DNA of 11,202 nucleotides from Paraspadella gotoi. Lineage: Eukaryota; Animalia; Chaetognatha. The notes beneath the pieces were generated by a model. The model ran no database searches. It saw only the letters and a list, made by a program, of their open reading frames with translations, and was not told the origin of the DNA. How positions within the stretch are numbered: position 1 is the stretch's first letter; each line of letters starts with the position of its first letter. The position numbers were made by a program, and so were the translations under genes. Positions 9,291 to 11,202 of the stretch are shown in pieces. The stretch is from assembly GCA_051294375.1 (NCBI GenBank), contig JBJCIZ010001124.1, positions 1 through 11,202 of the forward strand. Reading direction: 5' to 3'.

Positions 9291-9491
9291 GAGCAACCCC
9301 AGCTGCAATCTTGGAAAAAGGAATGGGTTGAGTTTTGCGCCAACCATTCCAAAAAGTATCTCTCCGATTCAGAAGAAGAGAAAAGGTTCAAGATTTTTCA
9401 GAAAAACATGAATTACATCGCATCGCACAATCACGATTACCTGATGGGAAAGACGAGCTTTAATCTCGCTGTTAATGAATTCACGGACCTG
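9291..9491 (+). CDS. Coding exon: inhibitor I29 propeptide domain of a papain-family C1A (cathepsin L-like) protein
   Basis: Acceptor tttttttatcccag ends 9290. The 67 aa EQPQLQSWKKEWVEFCANHSKKY...EEEKRFKIFQKNMNYIASHN...GKTSFNLAVNEFTDL contain W..F......K.Y, the full ERFNIN motif and AxNxFxD. Donor GTGAGT at 9492. Confidence 0.92.
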
Positions 9492-10019
9492 GTGAGTAAA
9501 TATGGATTACATGAATTAGATATTAAATAATATTAAGTAGTGGAATCTTTCTTACCCCGAATAATGAAAATGGTCAGAGAACCTTATTCTCATTTGCATA
9601 TGTAGAAAATATTCAATTCAAAGTCAATTTGCTTTATCATAAGAGATATAGATTTTTAGCTTCTGGCAATCAGATAACGATTTGTGCTTGAAATTGAAGA
9701 AACTCAAGGGCCGAAATACTTCAGATCGAAGGAACCTATCAAGATGGCTATAAAAAACGCTGACTGGACACTTTTTTAGCTCCTGATTATCATTTTTTGG
9801 CCTTTGATTTTGAACTCGGTAAAAATGTTCATGAATCCATTACGTCATTATGTCATTTGTATCAAACTACGTTCGGAGAAGTGGCTGTCTTTGAATTCTA
9901 ACTGTCTAAGCTTATTCTGAGCATTCAAAACCAGATGAAATCGGGTTAAAATGGCGCAAAAGAGACAATGGCGCCGGTCAAGACGCCCTGGAAATGATGA
10001 CGACAAAAGTCTCGGCAGG

Positions 10020-10110
10020 ACGTCGGCTAAGGCCGAAGCACGACGTACTGCGAAGCCCAGGACTTGACGAAAGTGTCAATGATGTCTGATGCTTGTTAGA
10101 AGTCCTGGGC
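10020..10110. other. GC-rich cluster of inverted repeats
   Basis: acgtcg/cgacgt (10020-25/10041-46), tcggc-taag-gccga (10023-36) and a perfect 11-bp gcccaggactt/aagtcctgggc (10055-65/10100-10). Confidence 0.7.
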
Positions 10111-10654
10111 AAGGAATAACAAAACATTTAATACAAACTCAGCAAATATATATAAGTTTAAAGGGCGATCCCGGAGTTTAATACGATCTGGAGGATTATG
10201 GGAAAACGAAGAGAAAGAAGAAGAAAAAATAAAGTTCGTTTCTTTACAGAAAAGAAAATTTAAGACCGTAACAACAATGATATTAAAAACGTTTTTAAGC
10301 TTCACGAGCTTAGGATTTCTTTTTAATTCTTTCAAAAACGTTTTTTTAAATATTAATAATTGTAATATCTTTTTTTGATTGCCTTTGATAGATATTTACA
10401 AAATAACAATTTTTTAATAATTTAATTTAATAAATAATTTAATAATTCGGATATGTTTTGGTTATTGTTTTTTTAACCTTCATCAGCCAGTTTTAATAGT
10501 GTTAATAAATATTTAGATACTAATTTTGAGAGATAGAGAGAGAGGCAATTTTAACCTTGATATATCTCTGTCTCCGAATTATTAAATGATCATTGTAATC
10601 ATAAATGAAAACTCTGTTACTTTGTAAATAGTATTATTATATTTTTTTATAAAT

Positions 10655-10684
10655 TTATTATTATTATTATTATTATTTATTATT
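10655..10684 (+). repeat. (TTA)n microsatellite
   Basis: Seen directly in the sequence. Confidence 0.85.
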
Positions 10685-10745
10685 TTTTGAAAAGTTAAAT
10701 TATTGTATGCTTAAGCCGAAACTTAATTTTAAATTTAATTTTAAT

Positions 10746-10905
10746 TTACCCCTAACTTACCCCTAACCCAAACTTACCCCTAACCCAAACTTACCTCTAC
10801 CCCTAACTTACCCTTACCTTACCCTTAACCTTAACTTACCCCTAACCCTAACTTACCCCTAAACCTAACCGTAACTTACCCCTAACTTATTTTTAACCTT
10901 AACTT
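10746..10905 (+). repeat. Interstitial telomere-like array (CTTACCCCTAA / CCCTAA units)
   Basis: Repeated cttacccctaa interleaved with ccctaa, cccaaa and ccttaa, decaying into AT-rich variants at the 3' end. Confidence 0.8.
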
Positions 10906-11202
10906 ATTTTTCTAATTAACTTACACTTATTCTTAATTTATTCTTAACCATAATTTATTGTAACCTTAATTTTTACCTAAATATATATTGGTTGTACCAA
11001 TTTAATATAACAAAAATAAAAAATATTAAAAGAAAAATTATATCTGAATTCCTTTATATTTTTTCCCGAAACGTTCCATTCCGTTCTTTTTTCCATTAAT
11101 TCTTTAAGAAAAACCTTGCTCTTTGTTTTCCTATAGGCCTCCAGAGGGAATTGATCTCCAGGAATGCCGTTTAAAGTGTCTTTCTTACTTGTTTCTGAAG
11201 CC

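Noticed and set aside
9660-9780. Next cathepsin exon (...PIKMAIKNADWTLF*)
   Set aside because: Phase-0 splicing at the tttttag acceptor hits a stop after five codons, and no CGSCW motif follows.
10055-10110. Type II hammerhead (GAAA...TC...CTGATG inside an 11-bp stem)
   Set aside because: The core reads CTGATGC rather than CTGATGA, and stems I and III are missing.

Overview
AT-rich animal (invertebrate-like) genomic DNA from a draft assembly. The one well-supported gene is on the + strand: two spliced exons (8990-9103 and 9291-9491) encode a hydrophobic, signal-anchor-like segment and a papain-family (C1A, cathepsin L-like) I29 propeptide with ERFNIN and AxNxFxD motifs. No catalytic domain is recognisable in the window. 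A ~2.9 kb inverted duplication (1965-4868 vs 6306-9102) and a third partial copy (5817-6269) dominate the window. These look like a long-read gap-filling artefact: the copies differ mainly by 1-nt indels, there are two gaps of exactly 25 N, and an 11-nt PacBio SMRTbell adapter match starts the right arm. Other content: a Tc1-like transposase C-terminal remnant, several DINE-1/Helentron-like repeat copies, a tRNA-derived SINE-like element, two minisatellites, microsatellites, two GC-rich hairpin islands and an interstitial telomere-like array. I cannot support a new biological system with confidence. The best leads are the possibly membrane-anchored and/or propeptide-only I29 gene and the structured islands at 9994-10117 and 6372-6470.
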